Shown in pieces: positions 1-10,896 of a DNA stretch of 64,000 nucleotides. The position numbers were made by a program, and so were the translations under genes. Under the pieces are notes generated by a model. The model was not told the origin of the DNA. It searched no databases and saw nothing but the letters and a program-made list of their open reading frames with translations. How positions within the stretch are numbered: the first letter of the stretch is position 1; each line of letters begins with the position of its first letter. This DNA comes from a virus, in the IMG/VR virus record IMGVR_UViG_3300034200_001099, positions 1 to 64,000 of that record; one strand, written 5' to 3'.

Positions 1-460
1 ACAAAATGTGGCTAACTATTTATCAAATTATAGAATGATAAATGATTATATATCAATTGAGGCGGCAGAAACAATAGACTTAGCGGTTACTGTTGATGTT
101 GTTTTAGATAATAGTCAAAATCAAGGAGCTATAATTGCAAAAACAATTCAAATTGTTGGAAATTTCTTTAACCCATTAGTTAGGGAGTTAGGTCAAAATG
201 TTAATACTTCAGAACTAAAAAGACTAATTCAAACAGAAAATGGAATTGTTAGCATTTCAGACATTTTATTTTTTAATCAAGTCGGTGGTCAATATTCATC
301 AAGTCAAACATCTATGCCATATTCAGACCCTGTAACACGACAGATAAGACCAACCGCAGATACTCTATTTGCAACACCAACTCAAATTTATCAAATTAGA
401 TATCCTAATAAGGATATAAATATTAGAGTATTGAATCTTACGTCAGTTAATTTCTCCTAG
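1..460 (+). CDS. Baseplate wedge-like protein, C-terminal part (runs off the left edge)
   Basis: ORF open from the window edge. YLSNYRMIND...L-V-V-V pattern and LGQNVNTSEL resemble C-termini of gp6/J-like baseplate proteins; it heads a structural operon. Confidence 0.6.
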   Translation, partial: QNVANYLSNYRMINDYISIEAAETIDLAVTVDVVLDNSQNQGAIIAKTIQIVGNFFNPLVRELGQNVNTSELKRLIQTENGIVSISDILFFNQVGGQYSSSQTSMPYSDPVTRQIRPTADTLFATPTQIYQIRYPNKDINIRVLNLTSVNFS

Positions 461-538
461 AGATTTATTTTTTTTTAATAAGGTGTATGTTTCTATGAAA
501 ATGGGAAATAAACTATTTATCAAAAAAACAATTTTTTA

Positions 539-3500
539 ATGCCAAAATCATATAGAATAAGAACCGAAGTTGGTATTGATAAGTATATCAATGTAAACTT
601 AGAACAAGATTGGGAATCTTTAGAAATACTTTCTTTAAAAATTTTATCAAATGATATATATACAAGATTTTGTGCGGATTACGGTATTGTTACGGGTAGA
701 GTTTTTGTAAATAACGGTTTTGGTTTACCAAATGCAAAAGTTTCTGTTTTTATTCCTTTAGAACCTACAGACGAATTAGATCCTGTTATTAACGAACTTT
801 ATCCTTTTAAAACTATTTCAGATACCACTGAAGAAGGTTATAGATACAACTTACTCCCAAAATTGCCATCATATAACGGACACACATCTACCGGATCTTT
901 TCCAAACAAAGGGGATGTATTAATGGATGGTTCTTACATTGAGGTTTTTAACAAATACTATAGATTTACCGTAACAACAAATGATAGTGGTGATTTTATG
1001 ATTTTTGGGGTTCCAGTTGGAACACAAACAATAGTAATGGATATTGATTTATCTGATATTGGTTGTTTTTCTCTTTCACCACAAGACTTAATACAACAAG
1101 GTTTAGCGACAGAAACGCAAGTAAATGGTGCCAGATTTAAATCCTCAACTAATTTAAGAGAATTACCACAAATTAAAAATTTAGTATTTGATGTTGATGT
1201 TAGACCATTTTGGGGTGACGCAGATCTTTGTCAAATTGGTATTACAAGAGTGGATTTTGATTTAACAAAACAAGCAAATATTAATATACAACCTACCTCA
1301 ATATTCATGGGGTCTATTATTTCTACAACAGATGATGATGCGTTAAAGGTTGGTTGTAAACCAAAAAACAATACGGGTAATCTTTGTGAGTTAGTTTCTG
1401 GTCCTGGTGAAATAAGTGCAATACGACAAACCATATTTTCCGATAATAATGGATTGCCGATATTAGAAAAATATGAAATAGAAGAGGGAGGAAAAGTAAT
1501 TGATGGTGACGGAACATATTTGTTAAATGTTCCAATGAATATGGATTACGTTTTTACAAACGAATTTGGACAACAAATAATATCTAATGACCCTAAAAAA
1601 GGAATTCCAACAACAGGTAAATATAGGTTTAAGTTTAGATGGCAAAATGAACAAGGACTACAAAGTAGTTTTTTAAAGGCAGACTTTTTGGTTCCAAACG
1701 TAAAAGAATATGGATGGACATCTTCCGGTACTGATCCATTTACAAATAATCAATCATCGGTTTACAACTATCCCACAATTCCAATTGGGCAAACATCAGG
1801 AACAACGGTGCCATTTTTTATTAATTTTGGTTTATCCGTTTTAAATACGATAAACGTAGAATCATATCAAATTTTAATTAATGGTCAACCATATATTGGA
1901 ACTTTAAACTCAATACCAATATTGGTCGGAGACACATTTCAAATTATTGCAACCCCAGTGGACTCAACTCAAGTTCAAAACATATCGTTTACGCAGTATC
2001 CACAACCATTATTTGAATTGTATAAATCATATGCGTTTACAACAGATTGGGATGATTATGTAAATGTTACAGAGGCGATTAATTGTGAAGATACTTTTTA
2101 TGCTTTTGGTTATAATAAAGTTTACACTACCGCCATGTTTTTGGATCGATATAAAAATGGGATAGGAAGAGCGAGACACTTAGGTATAAAAGAAATTGAC
2201 AATAGATCGTGTAAATCAAATACTAACACGTTTCCAGTAAACGACATAATTAGAAATTTTGATTTTATATTCTTCGTATTCAACATATTGATTAACATAT
2301 TAACATTTCCAATCTTAACACTTTTATTTGTTGCGCATTTAATCGCATTTATGTGGCCTATATTAAAATATGTTCTTATTGCATTGGGAATTTATTTAAC
2401 CTATGACGCTGTTGTGTCGGGACTTCAAGCGTTCCAAACGGGAGCTGCGGCCATAAACGCCGGACTTGGTATACTAAGTATTGGACTTGGTGTTGTTGTT
2501 AATGCTGGATTCTTAGGGGAAACAATACGATTAATATTATGGGGTTTTGCTCAGATTGCAATTGCGGCGTTTAAAATAGCGTTAGCCGCAGCATTTACTG
2601 CATTTGCAGTACTTGCGGCGATTAAAGTTAAAGGATTCCCAAGAATTGGTCTACCAATGATTGCATATCCTGATTGCACTAGTTGTGATTGTGATTGTAA
2701 AAACGCGGAATTAGATGATGATTTTGACACAAACTCAGTTCAGAATGAAATTACAGCCGCGGCGCAAGGAGGATCTTCAAGTTTTTATGACATGACATTA
2801 ATTCCTGCAAATTCAGTAATAGCCCCAATTAACTCTGCTGGATCCTACGAATTATCACACCCTAATTTAAATAAAAACTCAGACAACGATGAACCATACC
2901 CATGCTTTCCACCACCATTAACAGGGCCATATAAAAGTTTGGGAACTTTAATTGGTGATCAAGATATAAACCAAGACTTAGCAATTCAGGCTTCTTTAGA
3001 TTATAGAAGAATAGTTTCGGGGTATGATGTCTTATCTTCAACCAATCCAAATAGATTATATCAAAATGAAAAATATCTTTTACATGCTCCACAACCATTC
3101 CTATGGTCCGCAGATAAAGATGGTTTGTTTGCGAGTAATTCTGATGAGAGATACTTTGCGTATCCAATAGACCCAACTTTCCCACAAAGATTAAATGACT
3201 TTAACCTAAGGAATAAATATTTTAACTCAGGTGGACAAGTAAATCAAATTGAAACAACAATTAATCAAACTTCAGGATCAACACCATTTTTAGACCAAGT
3301 TGTTGTTGTTTTAATGAACCCTGGAACATCATCTCAAATTGGTGTTGGTAATCTATGTTCGTTCCAAGACCCAAATTTTACAGACCCACTATCACCTAAT
3401 CGATTAATAAACCTAACGGGGGCAACATTAAATCAATTTGGAACAAACGCAATTACTGGTACCACATTAACAGGTCAAACAACTGTTACCATAAATTATG

Positions 3501-6187
3501 CAGATCCGACTTCCCAGACGAACTCATTATCAAGTCAAGTAGTCCTTAATTTACCACAAGTTAGTCAATTATCAGTTTCAGGTAATAGTAGTGTGGAACA
3601 AGCTTATCTACAATACCCAACCGATGTTGAGTATTTTCAACTTATAACAGGTTTAACGGTAAGTAATTTCTTAACTTTACAAAATACAACAGCTATATCG
3701 GCTTACTTTCCAAGTGGGTATTTGTCATACGACATTAGATATTTAAGACCGGGATGTCCTGTGTCATCACCTAACTTTGCTATGGGAACCATTAGTGATG
3801 TAATAACAAAGGTTAATAACTATCAAGGTTTAGAAGTCTGTATTTTTGTTAGAGGTGTTGATGCGTTTACCCAAAAACAAACGGTTAAATATGATTTATC
3901 TAAAATATTTGGTTACACATCGTTAAATAATAGTGTTAGTATTGAAGGATCTTACTATATAAATCAACCAATACAGGGTTATACCATTTTTGCTTCAGGT
4001 GATAAACCTGTTAGTCACGTAAGTGCTACTAATAACGTATCTAACTTATATTTCCCTTCATTTACATTTACACCTGACGCTCCAAGTTTTAGTGCTTTTA
4101 CATCTACTTTACCCTATTTTTATTTATGCACCGACGATACTTTATTATCGGGTATTGGTAACTATAGTCCGCTTGGAGGATCACCACCACCAAGTAACTG
4201 GCAAACATCATTACAACTAACAGTTGGTGGTAATTTAACAAATTTAATTAGTGGAACAAATTATACGTTCCCCCCATTAGTTGCTGGGGCTTATGTTGGT
4301 GGTAGCGCATTTTTAGCTTGGAATTTAAATCAATCTACATTTACTAAAATAATTAAAACTGATAATATTAATACAAATACAACAAATTGTCCTGGTGGGT
4401 GTGATCAAAATTGTCAAGAAAAAGAATACTATAATAATTGTGATGGGTGGTTTAACAATCCATCAGTTGGGGGTAACCTTTCGGCGTTATATTCACCAGC
4501 TTATTATAGATATGGATTAACAGGTGTCCAATTCCAACACACTAATCTTGTAATGAGAAGTGATAGGTTACCAACATCAACTAAAATAGAAAATGGTGTT
4601 GAGTCTCATACAGGATATGGTCTTCATCAAAATAATAATTTTGCTATTTATGCTGATACCGGTCTTCAGACAGAACCTACAATATCTGCAGGTGGCGATT
4701 TACCAAGTGGAGATTCATATGATGAAGACCCAATAACATTTGGATTGACAGAAACATTAACTTGTGAAGGTATGGTTCCTTTAGAGTGTTATAGTGGTTC
4801 AGGATCAAATGTTGGTATTTTACCTGCAGGGTCATGTTCTGTTCCTGCAAATAGAATGATAAATGGTTGTTATTGTTTATTAAATAAAACATACTTAGCC
4901 CAATTTGATGACGACGCAAGATTATTTTTAGAATGGAAAGTTAGGTTTACTATGAACTTTGCCGCTTGTAGAGGAGTATTTGCTCAAACATTCCAAAACA
5001 ATTGGATTAACGGAGTATTATATATGTTTAGCTTTAACAAAAGAACAACACTTGGTCTATTACAAGAACCCACATATAACTACTGTAAAGATGTGATCGT
5101 TTTTAATGAGTTAAGAAATATATTTTTTTATAGATCTTCACCTTGGAATGGTGTGACACAAAATTTTATAGGAAAAAACTCCCCAACAATTTCACCATTA
5201 ATACCCGCTAGTATTGCTAATGATTTTCCAGGAACAGGATATAACAAAAAACAAATACAGTTTCCAACGACCGTTGTTGATTTAGGGCCTAGAGATAGTT
5301 TTATTAATGAAATTTGTTGTTCAGCTGGCGAAAATGGTTTTGGTTCGTATTATTCTGACCAAATTAAATCGACCTCATATCAAGATAATTCTGATATTGT
5401 TCAGCTTGGTTTTTTATCTAGAATTCTAAACGAAGGTGTTAGACAAAGAATAATACCAATTTCTAATGGAGGAAATAATAGTGAGGGTAAGGGAATCGTA
5501 CAATTCTTTAATAGCACTAGAGGTGGATACAGAATTGATGGCGATTGGTCTCAAATGTTATCAATAAATTCAGAATGGAAAGTTTTACCTTTTATCACCG
5601 AAAATATCCCTAGTAACCAATATATTTATTTTGGAGATAATCAAAACGGAATACCAAACTCAATCCAACCTGACGATATTAAACCAATAATGGGGTTATT
5701 CTTTACCGCTAGTACACCTGATATAAGATATAGAAAAATAATGTCACCTGGAATTGAAACATATAACTTTAGTCCTTTATTAGAACAAAAATTTGGTTAT
5801 CCAAAGTCACAAAACGTGCCACATTATAAGTGGTCAATTACACTTCCCACAACATATGCCGGAACCGCAAACATTTTTGGATCTGAGGATAATAATTGGT
5901 ATACAGATGCAATACCAGGTCAAGGATTTTTTATGAAAAAATATCAAGATTTGGATTTCATATCCCCTAATGAAAAATATCAAACAAGTTTAACCCAAGT
6001 TGGATATCTTGCAAGTTTTGATATTAATGGAGACCCACTCCCAATCACCATTCCTGCTCCTGCCACAGGAGCACCTGGATCATCACCTATTGTAGTAGGA
6101 GCTCCTTACCACTTCTACTTTGGATTAAATAATGGAAAAACAGCCATTAATAGGTTTTATAAACTTTATGTCCCCACAGTAGAATAA
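539..6187 (+). CDS. Large putative virion structural protein (1882 aa) with N-terminal beta-sandwich and an internal hydrophobic multi-helix segment
   Basis: Long ORF preceded by TATTTAT. GIVTGRVFVNNGFGLPNAKVSVF is carboxypeptidase-regulatory-like; ~120 aa hydrophobic block at nt ~2260-2630. Confidence 0.6.
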   Translation: MPKSYRIRTEVGIDKYINVNLEQDWESLEILSLKILSNDIYTRFCADYGIVTGRVFVNNGFGLPNAKVSVFIPLEPTDELDPVINELYPFKTISDTTEEGYRYNLLPKLPSYNGHTSTGSFPNKGDVLMDGSYIEVFNKYYRFTVTTNDSGDFMIFGVPVGTQTIVMDIDLSDIGCFSLSPQDLIQQGLATETQVNGARFKSSTNLRELPQIKNLVFDVDVRPFWGDADLCQIGITRVDFDLTKQANINIQPTSIFMGSIISTTDDDALKVGCKPKNNTGNLCELVSGPGEISAIRQTIFSDNNGLPILEKYEIEEGGKVIDGDGTYLLNVPMNMDYVFTNEFGQQIISNDPKKGIPTTGKYRFKFRWQNEQGLQSSFLKADFLVPNVKEYGWTSSGTDPFTNNQSSVYNYPTIPIGQTSGTTVPFFINFGLSVLNTINVESYQILINGQPYIGTLNSIPILVGDTFQIIATPVDSTQVQNISFTQYPQPLFELYKSYAFTTDWDDYVNVTEAINCEDTFYAFGYNKVYTTAMFLDRYKNGIGRARHLGIKEIDNRSCKSNTNTFPVNDIIRNFDFIFFVFNILINILTFPILTLLFVAHLIAFMWPILKYVLIALGIYLTYDAVVSGLQAFQTGAAAINAGLGILSIGLGVVVNAGFLGETIRLILWGFAQIAIAAFKIALAAAFTAFAVLAAIKVKGFPRIGLPMIAYPDCTSCDCDCKNAELDDDFDTNSVQNEITAAAQGGSSSFYDMTLIPANSVIAPINSAGSYELSHPNLNKNSDNDEPYPCFPPPLTGPYKSLGTLIGDQDINQDLAIQASLDYRRIVSGYDVLSSTNPNRLYQNEKYLLHAPQPFLWSADKDGLFASNSDERYFAYPIDPTFPQRLNDFNLRNKYFNSGGQVNQIETTINQTSGSTPFLDQVVVVLMNPGTSSQIGVGNLCSFQDPNFTDPLSPNRLINLTGATLNQFGTNAITGTTLTGQTTVTINYADPTSQTNSLSSQVVLNLPQVSQLSVSGNSSVEQAYLQYPTDVEYFQLITGLTVSNFLTLQNTTAISAYFPSGYLSYDIRYLRPGCPVSSPNFAMGTISDVITKVNNYQGLEVCIFVRGVDAFTQKQTVKYDLSKIFGYTSLNNSVSIEGSYYINQPIQGYTIFASGDKPVSHVSATNNVSNLYFPSFTFTPDAPSFSAFTSTLPYFYLCTDDTLLSGIGNYSPLGGSPPPSNWQTSLQLTVGGNLTNLISGTNYTFPPLVAGAYVGGSAFLAWNLNQSTFTKIIKTDNINTNTTNCPGGCDQNCQEKEYYNNCDGWFNNPSVGGNLSALYSPAYYRYGLTGVQFQHTNLVMRSDRLPTSTKIENGVESHTGYGLHQNNNFAIYADTGLQTEPTISAGGDLPSGDSYDEDPITFGLTETLTCEGMVPLECYSGSGSNVGILPAGSCSVPANRMINGCYCLLNKTYLAQFDDDARLFLEWKVRFTMNFAACRGVFAQTFQNNWINGVLYMFSFNKRTTLGLLQEPTYNYCKDVIVFNELRNIFFYRSSPWNGVTQNFIGKNSPTISPLIPASIANDFPGTGYNKKQIQFPTTVVDLGPRDSFINEICCSAGENGFGSYYSDQIKSTSYQDNSDIVQLGFLSRILNEGVRQRIIPISNGGNNSEGKGIVQFFNSTRGGYRIDGDWSQMLSINSEWKVLPFITENIPSNQYIYFGDNQNGIPNSIQPDDIKPIMGLFFTASTPDIRYRKIMSPGIETYNFSPLLEQKFGYPKSQNVPHYKWSITLPTTYAGTANIFGSEDNNWYTDAIPGQGFFMKKYQDLDFISPNEKYQTSLTQVGYLASFDINGDPLPITIPAPATGAPGSSPIVVGAPYHFYFGLNNGKTAINRFYKLYVPTVE

Positions 6188-6188
6188 T

Positions 6189-7991
6189 ATGGAAATAAAT
6201 CCTACAACAAGAATAATTGAGTCGACACAGAGATATAAGGGGGCCCCAAAACAGGACCAACAACTTAATATTCCTTTAGTCCAAACACAGAAAGAACTTA
6301 TTGAGTTTGATAGAAGTGTTGATTTAAGTCTTTCTACCGTTTTTGATGAGGAAAGACAGTTATCTTTTACTTTTAGACCTGTTTGTAAATTTATGATGGT
6401 TTTTGAAAACGCATATACAGGGTCAACCGTATACCCACCATTTAGGGATAATTTATATTATACAAATGCAATTAAAAATGCCTCTTCATACTATCCCTCA
6501 GGAAACGTTCCATCAGTCCCACCACAACCAATTAATCCAAATATACCTTGGGATGGATTTCCACAATACCCTGAGTTTGATTTAATAAGAACAGACAATG
6601 ATGTTTCAGGGTATACGATTGGAAATGGAAGACATTTAGATTTTAAATCAGTAAGTGCTACAACATATAATTGGTCACATTATTTAAGTTATGCATTTGC
6701 AAATGAATACAATAAGAAATTATACGCAATAGAACCTAATACAAATATTTCTTGGAATTGGACAGCATCGGACGGAATACCATATGTAATATTGTTTGGT
6801 TCGGATCAAACAACAAGATTTATTAGTTTTAAATGTCCGGTAACACATGGTTTGTCCGCTGGAGAATTTGTATTACTATCCACAAACTATAATGGGAATT
6901 CATTTTTCCAAGTGTCAAGTTTAGGGGACGGAGGAGCAGGATCTGAAAATTATATTTTTAATGTTCGTAATGTTGGATATACAGGATCAACATTTTTAAC
7001 TCTAAGTCAGGGAACATTTAAAAGGGTTTTAATTCCAGCAAACTCCGCAGATACTATTAGTGAGTATTATGTTAGAAAACATAAAATATTAACAAATTCA
7101 GAATGTGCGGTATTAGTAAATGCTGGATATGAACAAAATGTTTATAATAATAAACAAAAATGTGAAATAAAAGAATTAACTCCTAATCAAATAAAAAGAA
7201 CATCAGTTAAAGAAGGATCAAGATCTTATAGTCTGTCTTTTAATTGTGATGTTAATACACAAACACTTTTAGATAATCAAAAAAGACCAATTAGTCAATT
7301 ATATTTTACAACACTTTGGAGGGGTTATTTTGGATGGACACAAAAATTAAAACAAGGTTGGCATTTTAACACCTATTTAGATAAAAATAAACCTCAGATT
7401 TGGTGGGATCAAAATAATGTAAACTCAAACACAATAATAAATCAAAGTCAATATAATTCTTTATTGGGTAACGGTCCATTTTTTTATAACGATTTTTTAG
7501 TTAGCGGGGACACAATAGATGGTGATTTTTGTGAATGGAATAATTTTGAACAATTAGAAAGAGTTATATCAGAATATCAACATAAAATAACCTACAATAA
7601 TAGTTGGTTCACTTTATCTGCTACAACACAAGATTATTATAATACTTATGGTTATTTTTACCAACCACACAAAGCAATACAAATCAGATCTTTTTCTGAT
7701 TACATTGAAGAAGGTGATAGTCTAAATGTTGTTGGCATTCCTGACTATTCTTATTACTCAACAACTAACGCACTTTTTAGGTGGAAAGACTTATACCCAT
7801 ATGGTTTTATAGACACCGATGGAATTGGGGTTGATTATCCCTATTTAAATGATGCTCATTACCCATTTTTAAATTCAATTTTTAGAATTACACCAGAAAC
7901 TTACAACATACCAAGTGACTATGGTTTGTCAGGGGCAGTCCCAATAAACATAAATACAATACCAGAACCTATCGTTGATGATTGCGAATAG
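6189..7991 (+). CDS. Putative virion structural protein (600 aa)
   Basis: Tightly packed in the baseplate/tail operon; composition rich in Y/N/T/G. Confidence 0.55.
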   Translation: MEINPTTRIIESTQRYKGAPKQDQQLNIPLVQTQKELIEFDRSVDLSLSTVFDEERQLSFTFRPVCKFMMVFENAYTGSTVYPPFRDNLYYTNAIKNASSYYPSGNVPSVPPQPINPNIPWDGFPQYPEFDLIRTDNDVSGYTIGNGRHLDFKSVSATTYNWSHYLSYAFANEYNKKLYAIEPNTNISWNWTASDGIPYVILFGSDQTTRFISFKCPVTHGLSAGEFVLLSTNYNGNSFFQVSSLGDGGAGSENYIFNVRNVGYTGSTFLTLSQGTFKRVLIPANSADTISEYYVRKHKILTNSECAVLVNAGYEQNVYNNKQKCEIKELTPNQIKRTSVKEGSRSYSLSFNCDVNTQTLLDNQKRPISQLYFTTLWRGYFGWTQKLKQGWHFNTYLDKNKPQIWWDQNNVNSNTIINQSQYNSLLGNGPFFYNDFLVSGDTIDGDFCEWNNFEQLERVISEYQHKITYNNSWFTLSATTQDYYNTYGYFYQPHKAIQIRSFSDYIEEGDSLNVVGIPDYSYYSTTNALFRWKDLYPYGFIDTDGIGVDYPYLNDAHYPFLNSIFRITPETYNIPSDYGLSGAVPININTIPEPIVDDCE

Positions 7992-8784
7992 AATTAAAAT
8001 AGTAAAAAATGATATTAACAAGTTTGTAAATATTCCTGTTAACATGCAGTGGGATTTTATGGGTCGTGATGATAGTATTTCCGAATATGAAACAAAGGCG
8101 ATTAAAGAGGTTACCGGAATTGCTGCAGATTTTGAAGTTGCTAGATTTTCTAATAATATTTTTCAAAACTTTAATACCGACATAAATTATGAATTTAATT
8201 TTTATGATGATACAGCTCCAATAACCGCAAATACAATTGGTAATTGGTCTAGCACTTATTTAAATGAAGGATTTTCCGTACAAGACATTTATTATTTTTC
8301 AAAACCTTTTACTAAATCATTCTTCAAGTTAGATTTTTATGACACACCAGACGAACTAACACAACAACTATATCTTTCAATAATTTTGCCCATACAACAA
8401 GGTCTCACACAAAGTGTTTTATTATCTCCTATTCTACCACAAGTCCAAATTAAAAAACCAACAATGGTTTTAGATAGTATTGGAGCAGATAAAGAAGGTT
8501 TTTATATTTATTGGTTAAGAAGCAAAAACTTTATTGATGTGTCTAAATTTTATATGACAGCTAAGTTTTTTAATGCAAGACTTGGAATTTTTAAACAAAT
8601 GACTAACACAAGACAAGATTTAATTACTCCAAACAAATTTCAATTCAATAATGCCGATTACCTTTATTATAGGGTGGATTTAAATTATCCTAATAAAACT
8701 TACGAAGTGATTTCTACCTCAACTCAACTTAGAGTTGGAGATAGTATATCACCGATAATCTGGTACGAATATGTAAACCCATAA
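7978..8784 (+). CDS. Putative virion structural protein
   Basis: ATG at 7978 overlaps the upstream gene; operon context. Confidence 0.55.
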   Translation: MIANRIKIVKNDINKFVNIPVNMQWDFMGRDDSISEYETKAIKEVTGIAADFEVARFSNNIFQNFNTDINYEFNFYDDTAPITANTIGNWSSTYLNEGFSVQDIYYFSKPFTKSFFKLDFYDTPDELTQQLYLSIILPIQQGLTQSVLLSPILPQVQIKKPTMVLDSIGADKEGFYIYWLRSKNFIDVSKFYMTAKFFNARLGIFKQMTNTRQDLITPNKFQFNNADYLYYRVDLNYPNKTYEVISTSTQLRVGDSISPIIWYEYVNP

Positions 8785-9959
8785 TGGAATCTACTGACTA
8801 TAAGTTTATTATATCACCTGAAAATGTAAAAAGTGATCTTACTTTTGTAGGTTTTACTGGTGAAACTGATATTACAAATTTTATAGACCCTTGTTGTCTT
8901 ACAAATTCAACACAAACTTTATCTGACATTGGACAAACAGGTGTTTATCTTCCTATGTCTTATATTTTAAGTGGAAACACAGGTGGAACATCATTTTTAA
9001 CGGGACTTTCTGTTAATATAATGATAACGGAATCTGCGGTAGATATCGGATATTATTCTCCTTTTGATGGGATGATAATACAAGCTGACGTTTTAAATAA
9101 TTTTATCGCCACTGCCGACACAATTAATCCATATACTTATGTTTTTTATAATACATCTGATTTAGAACTTATTAAGTTTTTGAGTTTGGTTACATTCACA
9201 TTAGATTGGGGTGATGGATCACCAACTCAGGTAGTTTTAGGTATTACACCAATAACTCACACTTACCCGACAGCACAAAATAATTATACAATAACATTAA
9301 CCGCCAATTCGCCTTGGGGTATATCAAAGGTTCAAAAACCAATTTTAACTCCATTCACAAATGTGACAATACCAAACCCACAGGGATCTATAACATTCTT
9401 TTCGGCGTCAGGTAGTTGGACTGGAACACCTGTTAGTTATGATTATATTTTTACGGGAGATTCAAACACTAATATTAATGATTATTATTCATTTAATAAT
9501 ACAACAGTTCCATTTCCAATTACAGGTTTTACGGAATCTAATTTAAATGACTTGGCACAATTTGGACCTAAAATTAATTTAGTTGGTGGTAAATTTAAAT
9601 TGGGTGTTCAGGTAACAGGAACAACAGGTGGAGTTGGAACTTTTTATGGTGTTGATCCATCAGGAACTTATACCGCATATACAATTAACGACATGATTTA
9701 TCACGACTATGAAGATTATACAATTTATGTTGTAGATTCTTATGGGTTTTTACCGGGAGAAATTGTGATGACAGGAATAACAAAAGATGAGGGATTATTA
9801 AACGTAATCGATCAGGGAGAGATAATTACAGACGTTTATATTGAAAGAGGAAAAAATACTCCACTAGAAAATATAATGAGATTAGGAGAAGTTGATAACG
9901 TTGGCGACTTAGAAAAATACGGATACAAATATTTTAAGGTTGAAAAAATATCAACTTAA
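8784..9959 (+). CDS. PKD-domain putative structural protein
   Basis: FTLDWGDGS...THTY...YTITLTANSPWG is a PKD signature; TAATG translational coupling. Confidence 0.65.
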   Translation: MESTDYKFIISPENVKSDLTFVGFTGETDITNFIDPCCLTNSTQTLSDIGQTGVYLPMSYILSGNTGGTSFLTGLSVNIMITESAVDIGYYSPFDGMIIQADVLNNFIATADTINPYTYVFYNTSDLELIKFLSLVTFTLDWGDGSPTQVVLGITPITHTYPTAQNNYTITLTANSPWGISKVQKPILTPFTNVTIPNPQGSITFFSASGSWTGTPVSYDYIFTGDSNTNINDYYSFNNTTVPFPITGFTESNLNDLAQFGPKINLVGGKFKLGVQVTGTTGGVGTFYGVDPSGTYTAYTINDMIYHDYEDYTIYVVDSYGFLPGEIVMTGITKDEGLLNVIDQGEIITDVYIERGKNTPLENIMRLGEVDNVGDLEKYGYKYFKVEKIST

Positions 9960-9990
9960 ATATTTATAAACAAAGGTAAAAAATTAAAAT

Positions 9991-10896
9991 ATGGCAACAG
10001 GAAATTATGGAACTATAAGACCGGCAGATGTAAGTCCCGAAGACGTGCAAATTGTTATGGTATATACGGAGTCAAGAGATGACACACAAAACTTTGTTTT
10101 AACGACATTAAATGCTCAAGATGTTTTACGACCATACTTTAATAATAATGAAACAGGAGGTAGTAACGTTGAAATTTTAGGTGGTTTATATAATTTAAAA
10201 CTACCCGCCGATTCTTTTAACAAACTTGGAATTTATACTTTAATGATACGACCTAACGAGATCAGAACTGTAATTACAGATTGTGGGGTTTTATCGTCTT
10301 TACCAAATGTGAAAGGTATTGTTATTGATTTAAATAATGTTTCTAGTGAATATAAAAATAAATTTGTAAATCAAGGTTTAGTTGGGTTTAGAGTTGAGTA
10401 TTTAAATTCTGATGGAACAAAAATACCAAACTTTTTTAGAATAGTTACCTCATCTTTTTATTGTGAACCTGTTGTCCAAAATCTTACAAATACAATACAA
10501 AAATCAATAAGATATAGATATGTTGAGGGTTCTACCAATTTATTGTTTTGCACTTTATCGCCATCATCATCACCAACAAATAAGCCAAGCGCAACCCCAT
10601 TTATTGGACAACCTAACCAAAGTATTATATTAACAAATACTTACTTTAACCCTATTACAACTGAAATTGAAATTGTTGATCAAGACATATCTACCTTAGC
10701 AATTGCTCTTTATGGTAATCAAACCAAATCTATTGAGGATGGTATTTACACTATTTACGATTCTGATAATAATATTTATAAACAATACAATTTGTATGAG
10801 ATTAAAGACCAATTTAATAGTCTTCTTTATGAAGTAAGACAAAATCGTGGAGAAAATATAGATTTTTCTAAGGCATTTAATAATATAACCGCTTAA
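9991..10896 (+). CDS. Putative virion structural protein (301 aa)
   Basis: TATTTAT motif at 9961; lies in the structural cluster. Confidence 0.55.
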   Translation: MATGNYGTIRPADVSPEDVQIVMVYTESRDDTQNFVLTTLNAQDVLRPYFNNNETGGSNVEILGGLYNLKLPADSFNKLGIYTLMIRPNEIRTVITDCGVLSSLPNVKGIVIDLNNVSSEYKNKFVNQGLVGFRVEYLNSDGTKIPNFFRIVTSSFYCEPVVQNLTNTIQKSIRYRYVEGSTNLLFCTLSPSSSPTNKPSATPFIGQPNQSIILTNTYFNPITTEIEIVDQDISTLAIALYGNQTKSIEDGIYTIYDSDNNIYKQYNLYEIKDQFNSLLYEVRQNRGENIDFSKAFNNITA

